Shown here piece by piece: positions 20,166 through 30,342 of a stretch of 64,000 bases of DNA. A program made the position numbers and the translations under genes. The notes beneath the pieces are model-generated. The model searched no databases. It was not told the origin of the DNA and saw only the letters and a program-made list of their open reading frames with translations. The stretch is from Candidatus Poribacteria bacterium (GTDB lineage Bacteria > Poribacteria > WGA-4E > WGA-3G): the NCBI GenBank assembly GCA_965205025.1, contig CBDBFU010000020.1:256001-320000 (forward strand). The letters are read 5' to 3'. Position 1 is the first letter of the stretch. Each line of letters begins with the position of its first letter.

Positions 20166-21584
20166 TTATTCGACACGTTGAAGATATATGTCATAATCAT
20201 CTCCGCGTGCATCACTCCACACAACAACAATTCCACCATCCCCAGTTGAAATAGCAGCTGGGGTAATTTGTTCCTTATCCGCAAGGCAAACTGGTCTCCC
20301 ATTCGCTTCCCACAGCATCTTTCCATTACTATCAACTCTTTGCGTATAAATAGCATCCTCTGTAACATTACCAAAGTCATTTCGATAATCCAGCCATGTT
20401 GCTATTGCACCTCCTATCCCATCAGGTACAAGGATCGGAATTTGCTGTACTCCCCCTTCAATACATACAGGTAAACCCTCCACATCCCAAAGTTTTTTAC
20501 CATCAGGTCCGACTCTTTGTATATATAGGTCGGCAAAGACATCCCTTTCATCTCTCCATATTACAATAAAACCACCATTACCATCACTCACACAGGAAGG
20601 CTGCTGTTGATTAAATTCTGATTTGCAGATGATAATTCCATCTTTCTCCCATTGAATTGTTCCATCAGCAGTAAAATGTTGAGCATACAAGCGTGCTGTA
20701 GTGAAAAAGTTTGGATCGTTTCTATAATCAGGCCAAATACAGTAAGCACCTCCATTGCCATTAGATACAATCGTTGAACCACCTTGATTGCCAGCTGCCG
20801 TGCATACAGGTATAGGTGTATCCCAAACCGGTTTTCCATTTCTATTGATACGTTGGGCATATATGTTCCAATCTGGGGTAGCAATATCCCACCATACAAC
20901 TATAACTCCACCATCACTATCACTAATTATAGCTGGATCATATTGATCACCTTCGATAGTATGAACCGGAACTCCATTTTCCTTCCATATTGAATCACCA
21001 TTAGCATTTATTTTTTGTGCATAGATATCCTGATTTCCAGAACGCCAATCCTCCCATACGGCAATAAATCCTCCGTCTCCATCTGGAATTAAGGTTATAT
21101 CATCCTGCAATGTATTATCTATACATACTTCAATACCAACTGGGTCCCACAATATTCTACCATTACTATCTATTCTTTGTGCATAACTGTCCTGATTCCC
21201 GTTGCGTGAATCGCGCCATACGATAAATGCACCACCTTGTGTGTCAGATACAATCTCAGGGATTGTTTGAGATGCCGGATGTTTACACACAGGAACACCA
21301 TCAGGTTGCCAAATAACATCACCTTGACTATTAACTCTCTGTGCATAAATATCGTAATTACCGTTACGTGCATCCCGCCAGGTAACAATTGCCCCATCCA
21401 TACCATCAGAAATCAGCATAGGAAAATGTTGATCATCTCCTGCAGTACAAACAGGTATATTTCCTTTCATTTCCAATTCAGTCTTGGATGTAGATAAGAA
21501 AAAAGTTAGTATAATTCCTATGTATAATACTAACTTAGGATATACATCCGGTAATAATAATTTTCGATTAGTAAATAATACCAT
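20166..21584 (-). CDS. Exported repeat protein with eight ~55-aa repeats, probably a beta-propeller
   Basis: Repeated (S/P)DGxGGxxxxWxDxR..DIYAQRxxxxGxxxW..PVC unit; hydrophobic N-terminus. Confidence 0.7.
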   Translation of the reverse strand: MVLFTNRKLLLPDVYPKLVLYIGIILTFFLSTSKTELEMKGNIPVCTAGDDQHFPMLISDGMDGAIVTWRDARNGNYDIYAQRVNSQGDVIWQPDGVPVCKHPASQTIPEIVSDTQGGAFIVWRDSRNGNQDSYAQRIDSNGRILWDPVGIEVCIDNTLQDDITLIPDGDGGFIAVWEDWRSGNQDIYAQKINANGDSIWKENGVPVHTIEGDQYDPAIISDSDGGVIVVWWDIATPDWNIYAQRINRNGKPVWDTPIPVCTAAGNQGGSTIVSNGNGGAYCIWPDYRNDPNFFTTARLYAQHFTADGTIQWEKDGIIICKSEFNQQQPSCVSDGNGGFIVIWRDERDVFADLYIQRVGPDGKKLWDVEGLPVCIEGGVQQIPILVPDGIGGAIATWLDYRNDFGNVTEDAIYTQRVDSNGKMLWEANGRPVCLADKEQITPAAISTGDGGIVVVWSDARGDDYDIYLQRVE

Positions 21585-21609
21585 TTCTAATTGAAGATGT
21601 CTCTTTTTT

Positions 21610-21633
21610 GTAACACAAACTTTCCAGTTTGTG
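21610..21633. repeat. Solitary REP-like hairpin, the core of MITE family B
   Basis: gtaacacaaactttccagtttgtg, nearly identical to the hairpin at 31948-31972. Confidence 0.65.
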
Positions 21634-21666
21634 GCGTATTAGATTACATTTCACAAAGACCTATCC

Positions 21667-21700
21667 TCCGCATAACCCGCGTAATCCGTGATTTAGACAA
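21667..21700 (-). repeat. Short dispersed repeat (ttgtct.aatc.cggattacgcgg.tta..cgga)
   Basis: Reverse complement matches 61164-61198. Confidence 0.6.
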
Positions 21701-21823
21701 CCCAAACAACAAAAACAATTAGTTAACTGACACAAGTCGTAAATAAAGACTTTCACACAACGGAAAGAAGTAAGCAGATACCACAACGGATACCTGCCAG
21801 AAAATTCTATACTATACCAGCGG

Positions 21824-22797
21824 TCAATCACTGTCTTGTTGCTTCACCTGACCCCACGTTACTTTTTTTTTGCCTTGTGGTGTTACAGAAAGCACATCAT
21901 CACTTATCCAATCCGGTCCGTAATCATCTACAGCAGGCGTGTTTGTCAGGTTAACCATTTCACCTGTAAAAAGATGATACCGGTAAATGTCATGCGTATC
22001 AGAGTTCGGCGGTTTGGCTGAAATCAACAGATATTTTCTGCCATAAAACACGCACTGTGGAGTATCCATTTGTCAGGGGTATCTACGACTTGCCGTTTGT
22101 TAGTTTTTATATCATGAATGACAACTTTTTCTGAATGACCATTCCATTCTTCATATAGAACAGACTTACTATCAGCAGACCAGCGCGGACCATCACGCCA
22201 ATGTGTCCTGTTACTCTTGACAAGTTCATGTTGTCCGCTACCATCGGCACGCATTAGATGGATTGTGGTACCCACTCCGGTCTTGTCTCGATACGCAATA
22301 TATTTACCATCAGGGGACCAAGTCACTTCTGTTGTCAATGAAACGGTGCGTGTCAGTCGCTGTAACGCTTTTGTTTCGATATTTATCCGCCAGGCATCGT
22401 TTTGAGCAGTTCCCGGTTTGGCAAGCCGGTCGCTTGTGAATACGAGGTGTTTCCCATCCGGAGACCACGACGCAATAAACTCGTCATCATCTCCCTCGGT
22501 AAGCCGATATTCACCTGTGCCATCGCTATTGATGATAAATACGGCATACGTAGGCGTTTGCTTTGGTACAATCGGTCGTTTTCGCAAAAAAGCGATCTGC
22601 TTCCCGTCCCGAGACCAAACAGGCCACAGGACCGACCTCCCGTCTACCCTTTTGACTAATACTTTGGCGTTACTACCATCATCGTCCATCACATAAATAC
22701 CTGGGTCAGACTTGAAAACGATTTTTGCGTGCGTGAGTGTCGGCAACAATAATAACAAGCAGCATAAGGTGAGACATTGCAACCGCATGAGTTCCAT
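21824..22797 (-). CDS. Secreted TolB-like (PD40) beta-propeller with C-terminal WGQVK tail; single frameshift near 22041
   Basis: WSRDGKQIAF, WSPDGKHLVF, WSPDGKYIAY repeats. ORF 21824-22069 continues it and ends VTPQGKKKVTWGQVKQ. Visibly more GC-rich than its neighbours. Confidence 0.8.
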
Positions 22798-22815
22798 CCA
22801 TTTTACGGTGTATCA

Positions 22816-22843
22816 ATAGGCACGGTTGTTACCCCGTGCCTAT
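22816..22843. terminator. GC-rich hairpin between a gene fragment and the TolB-like gene
   Basis: ataggcacgg / ccgtgcctat 10-bp stem. Confidence 0.4.
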
Positions 22844-22888
22844 CGTTGTTCTATATAAAATCAAAGCAACAAGAACTGCATTCTTTTA

Positions 22889-23080
22889 TCACTTGTCGTA
22901 CACATCGACTTTGTAGGATTTCGAGTAGACGCTTTGGTCCCATCTGTATACATAGGCCGTGATTTCATAATAAACCCGCTTTTCATCCCCTGGTATATTC
23001 GGATAATCAACATCATCAGGAAAACTAGTGGTCATAGTTGACTTTCTTGTTACACCGCCGCCAAAAACTGGATCACCCAC
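22889..23080 (-). pseudogene. Possible 3' remnant of an unknown gene
   Basis: 63-aa protein-like ORF with no convincing start, wedged between the TolB-like gene and the NYN gene stop. Confidence 0.3.
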
Positions 23081-23234
23081 AATCGGTAAGAATGTATGTT
23101 ACCAAGGGTCGTTAGGAAACAAGATATCAGCGTGTCAATTATCTTTCATACTTCTCACTGTTTTATTCAAATCATGGTTGGTTACGTTGTACGTGTGTCT
23201 TCTTGTCTTCCTCAACCATATCACATATCATTCA

Positions 23235-24812
23235 TTACATCAATAATTCCTCACCTATTGGAAAAAATTGGTCAGCAACTGCTTGTAAATCCATTGAAGT
23301 ATTGTGTTCAAATGCAACTACCTCAATCCGTTTATGTTGTTGCTTGATGAGTTCGGCTAATGGACAGAAGTCTCCATCACCACTTGCAAGAATTACAACA
23401 TCTAATGAACTAAGCATTGAAACGACATCAACCGCTATTCCAACATCCCAATCACCTTTCGCAGAACCATCCCCTCTTAATCGGAGATCTTTACTACGAA
23501 TAGTGTAACCATTGTGTTCTAATAATGAGATAAAATTGGATTGTTTGATTTCTGGAATTTGAACTATATATGCATAAGCTGTAAGAAGTTGACGTGGTCC
23601 AACAATTAAATCTAACAGTTTAATGAGATCAACCCGTCTTTCATACCTATCTTTTGCAGCATAGAATAAGTTTTGTACATCAACAAAGACACCAACTTGA
23701 TTAACTCTATCCTCGTTTTCATCATTTTCTCTCAATTCAAGCTGTGGACTATCAAAAAGATTTAAAGTGTTTCTGATTTGGTTTAGAGATTTTTGGGAGG
23801 CGGTATATGATCTTTCTATCATTTCAAAATGGTTATCAAAGTCAATCTTAATTTGTTCTAAGGCTTGATATTTCTTATAAACAGCTTCTTCAACCATTTT
23901 CAATTCTACAGAGAATACCTCTTTTGCTGTTTTTATTTCAGTTAACTCCTGTAGTTGTGTGATTACATTTTGATTCTCAGCCACTAATTTCCTGTTTTCT
24001 GATTCGAGTTTTAATAATGAAGCATTAGTTTCATCAAATTGAGATGCTTTCTGATGTAAATCTTCATTTTCTTGTTGAAGAGAAACAACCTGTTTTTGGC
24101 TTTCTTGATGGGTGCCTACCTTAGACTTCAGGTTTTCATTTTCTTCAATTAGGAATTGGCAATGTTCCTTTATTAGTTTATTGTTTTTCTTAATAGAGTT
24201 ATATTCAGCTTTTAAGTGTGCTAAATCCTTTTCTAATTGATCAATCTCACTATTTTGGAAATCATTTGATTCGTCAGTGCTTTCATTACCAATATCATCA
24301 GTAGCATTGTAGGTTGAATTATCTGATATGTTTTGATGCACATCCGAACTATATAATTGGTGATACTGTAAAGGTGGAACATTTGAGGGAGGATTATGAT
24401 CTTCATAGGCAGTAGTTAATAGGTTGTATCCATGTGAATGAACATCCTCTCTTGGGTCCATTAGTAATGCCCAAACAACTTCACCGAATTCACCAGATTC
24501 AATTAGGGGACCAGGTGCTTTAAAGAAAGTGTGTATCTCCTCTATCACCATATAGCCTACACGGGCTATTGCTGCTTCAGCTTTTTTTGAGAGATGTTCA
24601 GCAACGATTCTATCTATTTTAGAATGTTTAAATAATGCATTGGTTAACCGGCTTAACAATTCTTGCTTAGAAGTAGAATATAATCTATCTGGATCAGCTA
24701 AGATATTCGTCTGCATTAGCAAACGGAAAATATCTCTTTCATTTAAAACCAATGCAAGAAACCATATTAATTGCTCACGTTGTAAATTCGATTTTAACTT
24801 TAGTGGGGTCAT
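23235..24812 (-). CDS. NYN (LabA/DUF88, PIN-like) domain protein with long helical and coiled-coil N-terminal region
   Basis: C-terminal VFVDVQNL, KGDWDVGIAVD, LASGDGDF, LQAVADQF. Heptad-rich middle region. GGAGGA RBS before ATG at 24812. Confidence 0.85.
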   Translation of the reverse strand: MTPLKLKSNLQREQLIWFLALVLNERDIFRLLMQTNILADPDRLYSTSKQELLSRLTNALFKHSKIDRIVAEHLSKKAEAAIARVGYMVIEEIHTFFKAPGPLIESGEFGEVVWALLMDPREDVHSHGYNLLTTAYEDHNPPSNVPPLQYHQLYSSDVHQNISDNSTYNATDDIGNESTDESNDFQNSEIDQLEKDLAHLKAEYNSIKKNNKLIKEHCQFLIEENENLKSKVGTHQESQKQVVSLQQENEDLHQKASQFDETNASLLKLESENRKLVAENQNVITQLQELTEIKTAKEVFSVELKMVEEAVYKKYQALEQIKIDFDNHFEMIERSYTASQKSLNQIRNTLNLFDSPQLELRENDENEDRVNQVGVFVDVQNLFYAAKDRYERRVDLIKLLDLIVGPRQLLTAYAYIVQIPEIKQSNFISLLEHNGYTIRSKDLRLRGDGSAKGDWDVGIAVDVVSMLSSLDVVILASGDGDFCPLAELIKQQHKRIEVVAFEHNTSMDLQAVADQFFPIGEELLM

Positions 24813-24984
24813 GCATGTCCTCCAATATACTGTTGACATCGAATATATTAAGGAAAATTGCTTAACTAACTTTGAAAATGGGGTGAGTTTGAATATTATT
24901 AAACTATTCACTATATTGATATAATATCTGCAGATATAAAGTCAATACTTCAGAATTGGAATAATAGTGATAATTCCGAATATA

Positions 24985-26349
24985 CTATAATTTTATAATA
25001 TTATTGGGTGTAGACCGGATTGTGCGTGTTGCGTTTCTTGTATCAACGACAACAGTTGCATGTTTGGTGATTAATTCATAGTCTATATTACTATGATCAG
25101 CAATTATGACAACACAATCTGCACTTTCTACTAATGTAGTAGTAAGTTCTTGTGAAGTATATGTTCCCCTCTCCCCCAGGGTTATGTTTGGCACATGCGA
25201 ATCATGATATAGAATCTGTGCACCTTTGTCAAGCATAATTCGCATAACTTCTAAGGCAGGTGATTCACGGGTATCACCAATATCTTTTTTATATGATACC
25301 CCTATAATTAATAGACATGAACCTTTAATGACTCTTTTATTCATTTTTAATGCAAGCATGACCTTCTCAATAACATAAACCGGCATATTGTCATTGATTT
25401 CACTTGCAAGTTCTATGAATCGCGCATGATATTGGTATTTCTGTGTCATCCATGATAGATAGTGTGGATCAATAGGAATACAATGTCCTCCTAAACCTGG
25501 ACCTGGATAAAATGGCATAAAACCGAAAGGTTTGGTGGATGCAGCATCAATAATTTCCCAAACATCTAATTCCATTCGATCACAAATCATCGCAACCTCG
25601 TTAATTAGACCTATATTAACACTTCGAAACGTGTTTTCAAGTAGTTTTGTCATTTCTGCTGTTCTTGGTGAGGATACAGGATATACCTTTTTAATGAAAT
25701 GTTGATAAAAGGATGTGGCAATCTCGGTACATTTCTGTGTAACACCACCTACAATCTTTGGGGTATCTCTAAGGGAATAGTCACAATTTCCAGGTTCAAT
25801 TCGTTCAGGTGAAAAGGCAAGATAGAAATCTCTTCCAACACTAAGTGAATGTCTGATCGCAGAATTAACTTCCCTGGTAGAGTTGGATTGGTTTACAGTC
25901 TCAATAGATTGATGCGAATTAAGTATAGGCAGTACGACTTCTTCTGTTGTCCCTGGATATGTAGTACTCTCAAGTATTATCAACTGTTCACGATGTAAAT
26001 GTTTGGCGATTCTCTCGACTGCAGCTTTTATGTGTTGTATATCTGGAGTTTTGTTAGCACTCAATGGAGTTGGTACGCATATGTTGACAGTATCCATTTT
26101 TTTAAGTACAGTATAGTCTGTAGTGATAACAAATTGACCCGTTTGAACAAACCTACTCAACATTTCGTTAGAAACATCTGGAACATCTGAAATTCCTTGT
26201 TTCAAGTTATTTACTTTCTCAGGGCAGATATCAATACCTGTAACTCGATATCCTACTTCAGCAATTGCAATAGCAAGTGATAAACCAACATAGCCAAGTC
26301 CAATTATCCCCACTTGAGCCGTATGGTTTTCTATCTTATCTAACAACAT
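24985..26349 (-). CDS. Nucleotide-sugar dehydrogenase (UDP-GlcNAc 6-dehydrogenase WbpA/WecC-like)
   Basis: GLGYVG, ICVPTP, ESTTYPGTT, FSPERI, KLLENTFRSVNI, GPGLGGHCIPIDP, DTRESP. Confidence 0.92.
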   Translation of the reverse strand: MLLDKIENHTAQVGIIGLGYVGLSLAIAIAEVGYRVTGIDICPEKVNNLKQGISDVPDVSNEMLSRFVQTGQFVITTDYTVLKKMDTVNICVPTPLSANKTPDIQHIKAAVERIAKHLHREQLIILESTTYPGTTEEVVLPILNSHQSIETVNQSNSTREVNSAIRHSLSVGRDFYLAFSPERIEPGNCDYSLRDTPKIVGGVTQKCTEIATSFYQHFIKKVYPVSSPRTAEMTKLLENTFRSVNIGLINEVAMICDRMELDVWEIIDAASTKPFGFMPFYPGPGLGGHCIPIDPHYLSWMTQKYQYHARFIELASEINDNMPVYVIEKVMLALKMNKRVIKGSCLLIIGVSYKKDIGDTRESPALEVMRIMLDKGAQILYHDSHVPNITLGERGTYTSQELTTTLVESADCVVIIADHSNIDYELITKHATVVVDTRNATRTIRSTPNNIIKL

Positions 26350-26396
26350 AATTTACATTTTCTGAATATTCAAATATAAAATTGGGTATTAATAGG

Positions 26397-26966
26397 TTAG
26401 GTATATTCTTGAATCAACCAGCGTGAAGCAGAATGAAGATTAGTAAAAATCTTGTCTGGTTGGTATTTACGACACTTAGATTGAGTATTGATATAATGTT
26501 GATAAGACGCTAAACCGTGACCTGTTAAGACTAAAACCGGTGACATTCCGGCTTTTCTCCCTGCTTCAATATCTGATATAGAATCACCTATAAAATGTGT
26601 AATTGATGGGTCAAAGTCATGATCTTGTATCGCTTTCTTTAGCATTCCAGGTTTTGGTTTCCGACAATCACACCCAGCATCTGGGTGGTGTGGACAGAAA
26701 TATATCTTTTTTATATTCCCTCCAGTATCACTCAAAGTGGATACCATATTTGAATGGATTTCGTGTAACTGATTTATTGTAAAAATTCCCCTGCCAATCC
26801 CTGCTTGGTTAGTTGCAATAAGAATGTTAAAACCAGCATTTGTTAGATCACGAATTGCCTGAATAGAAGATGGTAGAAATGAAAATTCAGACCATTCACA
26901 AACATAACCCATATTTGAAGGGTTATGATTGATAACTCCGTCCCGATCAAGAATTAGATACCTCAT
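26397..26966 (-). CDS. gmhB: D,D-heptose 1,7-bisphosphate phosphatase
   Basis: LDRDGVIN, TNQAGIGRG, CPH..CDCRKPKPGM, IGDSISD. Confidence 0.9.
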   Translation of the reverse strand: MRYLILDRDGVINHNPSNMGYVCEWSEFSFLPSSIQAIRDLTNAGFNILIATNQAGIGRGIFTINQLHEIHSNMVSTLSDTGGNIKKIYFCPHHPDAGCDCRKPKPGMLKKAIQDHDFDPSITHFIGDSISDIEAGRKAGMSPVLVLTGHGLASYQHYINTQSKCRKYQPDKIFTNLHSASRWLIQEYT

Positions 26967-27006
26967 CTATATTTATCAAAACCATTCTTTGTAGATTACA
27001 GTATGT

Positions 27007-28044
27007 TTATTGTACATTAGATATTCCGTTATATAATTCTTGTATCGTAACGGTGGCACAACCCATTTTTCCAACTACGATACCTCCGGCAATGCTCGAT
27101 AGATGTGCAGCAGTAAGATAATCATCTTTTGTACCAAGACATAATGTGAATACAGCGACAACAGTATCACCAGCACCAGTCACATCTGTTACAACGGATG
27201 TTTGTGGGGGTATATGTTCTACCTGTAAATTCTTATTTGAATCAAATTGAAATAAAGACATTCCTTCAGCATCACGCGTAATTAACAAACTGTTAAGTTT
27301 CAGTCGTATCAATATCTCTTCACCTGCTGAGATTAAGTGTGATATATCAGTTATTTCACTTTGAACAGCTGCACCTGCTTCAACATGATTTGGTGTTAAA
27401 GCGGTAACACCTTCATATTTCCAAAAGTTATTACGTTTCGGGTCTGCCACAATCGGTATGTTATAGGGTTGTGTATATCGTATTATATCTTCAATTAGAT
27501 CTTTTGTAACAACACCTTTGTCATAATCAGAGAATATTATCCCATCAATTTCGGGTAATTTAGAATGAACAGCACTTAATAGTCTCTCTTTAAGCATTGC
27601 ATTAATCTCTTGTTTTGACTCTCTATCAATACGCAATAATTGATGTCCTTGGGATGAAACATTCTCATCTGATTGCTGCTCAAGATGAGGAGAATCGACT
27701 GTTGCTATGACTCGTGTTTTCTTGCTTGTAGGTCGTTGTACATCAACACAGATATTAGAAGTGTCAACATTTAGAGAGTTAATCATTTGAAGAAGTTTTT
27801 CACCATCCCTATCTTTTCCAATGACTCCAATTAATTCAGCATTCGCCCCAATACTGGTTATATTTTGGGCGACATTTGCTGCACCACCACATCCAATAGT
27901 TTCATCATACATATCAAAAACAGGAACTGGTGCTTCGGGTGATATTCGTTTTACTTCACCCCACATATACTCATCAACGATGATATCGCCAATTATGAGT
28001 ATTTTTTTATCTTGAAATTGAGAAATAAGAGTTCTATAATCCAC
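27007..28044 (-). CDS. D-glycero-D-manno-heptose-7-phosphate kinase (RfaE domain I / HldA)
   Basis: GDIIVDEY..RISPEAPVPV, GGAANVA, SDYDKG, TPNxxE, DVTGAGDTV. Confidence 0.9.
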   Translation of the reverse strand: MDYRTLISQFQDKKILIIGDIIVDEYMWGEVKRISPEAPVPVFDMYDETIGCGGAANVAQNITSIGANAELIGVIGKDRDGEKLLQMINSLNVDTSNICVDVQRPTSKKTRVIATVDSPHLEQQSDENVSSQGHQLLRIDRESKQEINAMLKERLLSAVHSKLPEIDGIIFSDYDKGVVTKDLIEDIIRYTQPYNIPIVADPKRNNFWKYEGVTALTPNHVEAGAAVQSEITDISHLISAGEEILIRLKLNSLLITRDAEGMSLFQFDSNKNLQVEHIPPQTSVVTDVTGAGDTVVAVFTLCLGTKDDYLTAAHLSSIAGGIVVGKMGCATVTIQELYNGISNVQ

Positions 28045-28186
28045 AGATTTATATTATCACAAATTAGTAGGATAATCAAGATACAATCATTACTAATCTT
28101 ATTACGTAAATTAGAGGAATGAACTGTCGAAATTTTCATTCATAATTGTCTAATTCAAGCATTAGTTATATTATATTATACTTTAT

Positions 28187-28235
28187 ATTGAGTCTCAATA
28201 TCAATATTATTAATAGTAATGAGTCTCATTATCAT
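28187..28235. promoter_or_regulatory. Two Fur-box-like palindromes
   Basis: attgagtctcaatatca (28187) and aatgagtctcattatca (28218) resemble the Fur consensus GATAATGATAATCATTATC. Confidence 0.4.
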
Positions 28236-28350
28236 ATGTTTCGTTATGTTTATTATTATAAATAAATATAACGGAAAAATTATTATAATGCGATATACAT
28301 AATATCATTACGATATATTATGAAAATATTTAAATTTTGTGATTTAACAT

Positions 28351-29809
28351 CAATACCTTCGCCAAAAACACTTGAATAAAAAGGGTGTTTGTCCTAAAGT
28401 TTTAAAATATCATTTTAACTTAGAAAGGACACACACCCATGCCAGAAATTATAGCATTATTTACTGTATTTAATCTATGTTTATCCACTACTATGATCCG
28501 CCAGTTATGTCAAGTTGTATTTGCCCTGCTTGCGATGACAGGTCAGGTCACAATGTTAAATATCTCCCGTTGGACATCAAAAGGAGGGAGTTATCGTACG
28601 ATACAACGCTTCTTTAGCACAGATCTCCCTTGGCCAAAGATGTGTTGGCTCTTTTTCAAAAAATATCTGTTTGATCCTAAAAGTTTGTATATCCTTGTAG
28701 CAGATGAAGTCACGGTGTCAAAAACTGGGAAAAAAACTTATGGTATAGATCGCTTCTTCTCCTCATTACATGGAAAACCGATTTCCGGTTTGTCATTTTT
28801 AGCGGTGTCCTTAGTAAGCGTCAAAGACAGGTGTTCTTACCCAATGATGATGGAACAAATCGTGCGTAGCAACGCATCAGCCAATATGGATGTGTCTGCA
28901 ATCGAAGATCAGGAGAATACACAGAAAGCCATAACAAAACGAGGGCGTGGTCGCCCCAAAGGGAGCCGGAATCGAAACAAAAAGGATGTTGTGTTCAGCA
29001 ATACTTTGAAACAACTTCAAACTATGGTGAAATCATTTCTCCAACAGATGGGAGATTGTATCAAACTCCGTTATTTTGTGCTTGATGGATATTTCGGACA
29101 CAATAATGCGCTACAAATGGTATCACAATGTGGTCTCCATCTCATTTCAAAACTTCGCACAGATGCTGCGCTCTATTATCCACCAACGACACCGTATAAA
29201 GGTCGTGGACGCCGCGCCCTCTATGGGGATCGTTTCAATCCACAACAAATGGATAACAAATGGCGTGTCTCTGTTGAAACAACCGATAACATCAGAACCG
29301 AAGTGTATCAAGTACACTTGCGTCATAAGCAGTTTGCGGATCCTCTCAATATTGTTTGTCTTCTCAAGACGCATCTGCTGACAGGACAAAAATCACACGT
29401 GTTATTGTTTAGTTCTGACCTAAAACTGAGTGCTCTAAAGATGATTGATTATTACTCCCTTCGTTTTCAAATAGAGTTTAACTTCAGAGACGCAAAACAG
29501 TATTGGGGGTTGGAAGATTTTATGAATGTCAAAAAAACACCTGTGAACAATGCAGCAAACTTATCCTTGTTTATGGTAAATGTGAGTGCGAAAATGGCAA
29601 ACACATTTCGGTCTAATAACACGGCGTGTAGCGTATTAGATTTGAAAGCAAAATACCGAGCTATGAAGTATTTAGAGGAAACATTAAAAATACTTCCGCA
29701 AAAACCTGAACCTATTGTTATTGAGCAAATCACACAGCACCTTAGTTCTATCGGTGCTATTCATCACACACAGTTAGAACTAAGCACAGGATAATTGGCG
29801 AAGGTATTG
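28351..29809 (+). mobile_element. Complete insertion sequence (IS4/IS701-like DDE), 1459 bp
   Basis: Perfect 15-bp TIR caataccttcgccaa (28351-28365) / ttggcgaaggtattg (29795-29809); 7-bp target duplication ttaacat (28344-28350, 29810-29816). Confidence 0.93.
28439..29794 (+). CDS. DDE transposase
   Basis: LVADEVT, VLDGYFG, YSLRFQIEFNFRDAKQ (Y-2-R-3-E-6-K signature). Confidence 0.92.
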   Translation: MPEIIALFTVFNLCLSTTMIRQLCQVVFALLAMTGQVTMLNISRWTSKGGSYRTIQRFFSTDLPWPKMCWLFFKKYLFDPKSLYILVADEVTVSKTGKKTYGIDRFFSSLHGKPISGLSFLAVSLVSVKDRCSYPMMMEQIVRSNASANMDVSAIEDQENTQKAITKRGRGRPKGSRNRNKKDVVFSNTLKQLQTMVKSFLQQMGDCIKLRYFVLDGYFGHNNALQMVSQCGLHLISKLRTDAALYYPPTTPYKGRGRRALYGDRFNPQQMDNKWRVSVETTDNIRTEVYQVHLRHKQFADPLNIVCLLKTHLLTGQKSHVLLFSSDLKLSALKMIDYYSLRFQIEFNFRDAKQYWGLEDFMNVKKTPVNNAANLSLFMVNVSAKMANTFRSNNTACSVLDLKAKYRAMKYLEETLKILPQKPEPIVIEQITQHLSSIGAIHHTQLELSTG

Positions 29810-30269
29810 TTAACATAAATTTTATTTAGAACTCGAGTATTGAGAATTCATTTAGTTTGAAGCAAGATGCACAAGATTGTGGATTTCTATTTCTACCACA
29901 AACTTTTAATTAGCGGATCAGGGTAATTTAGTTTTCGATATTTTTAGCTATAAGCAACACACATTAACAAGAAATTCTTAAAACTAAATTACCGTATTTG
30001 CGGAGTATAGGGTATAGACAATTATATAGAATCAAAAATTAACCATCCATTCACTCTTCACCCATCCAATGTCCATTCGCAATCTCCAATACATAATTCA
30101 AAATTAATTACATAACACATAGAAATAAAACTAAAATTAAGTGAAAAAATATTGAAGAAAACCAAACCATAATACAACTAAAACTATAATATGATTGATA
30201 TTACACTCTAAGTATAAATAGAAAAAGTAAATATATTGCAGAACTATTTCACATATGACAAAGTATCAC

Positions 30270-30299
30270 TTGACACATGTGATTTTATTATGTTACTAT
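30270..30299 (+). promoter_or_regulatory. Sigma70-type promoter inside the non-coding region
   Basis: TTGACA-18 bp-TACTAT with extended TGn; no long ORF immediately downstream. Confidence 0.4.
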
Positions 30300-30342
30300 A
30301 CATATTACATTAAAAGCATATCAGGAAAAGGTGCTATGTAGC

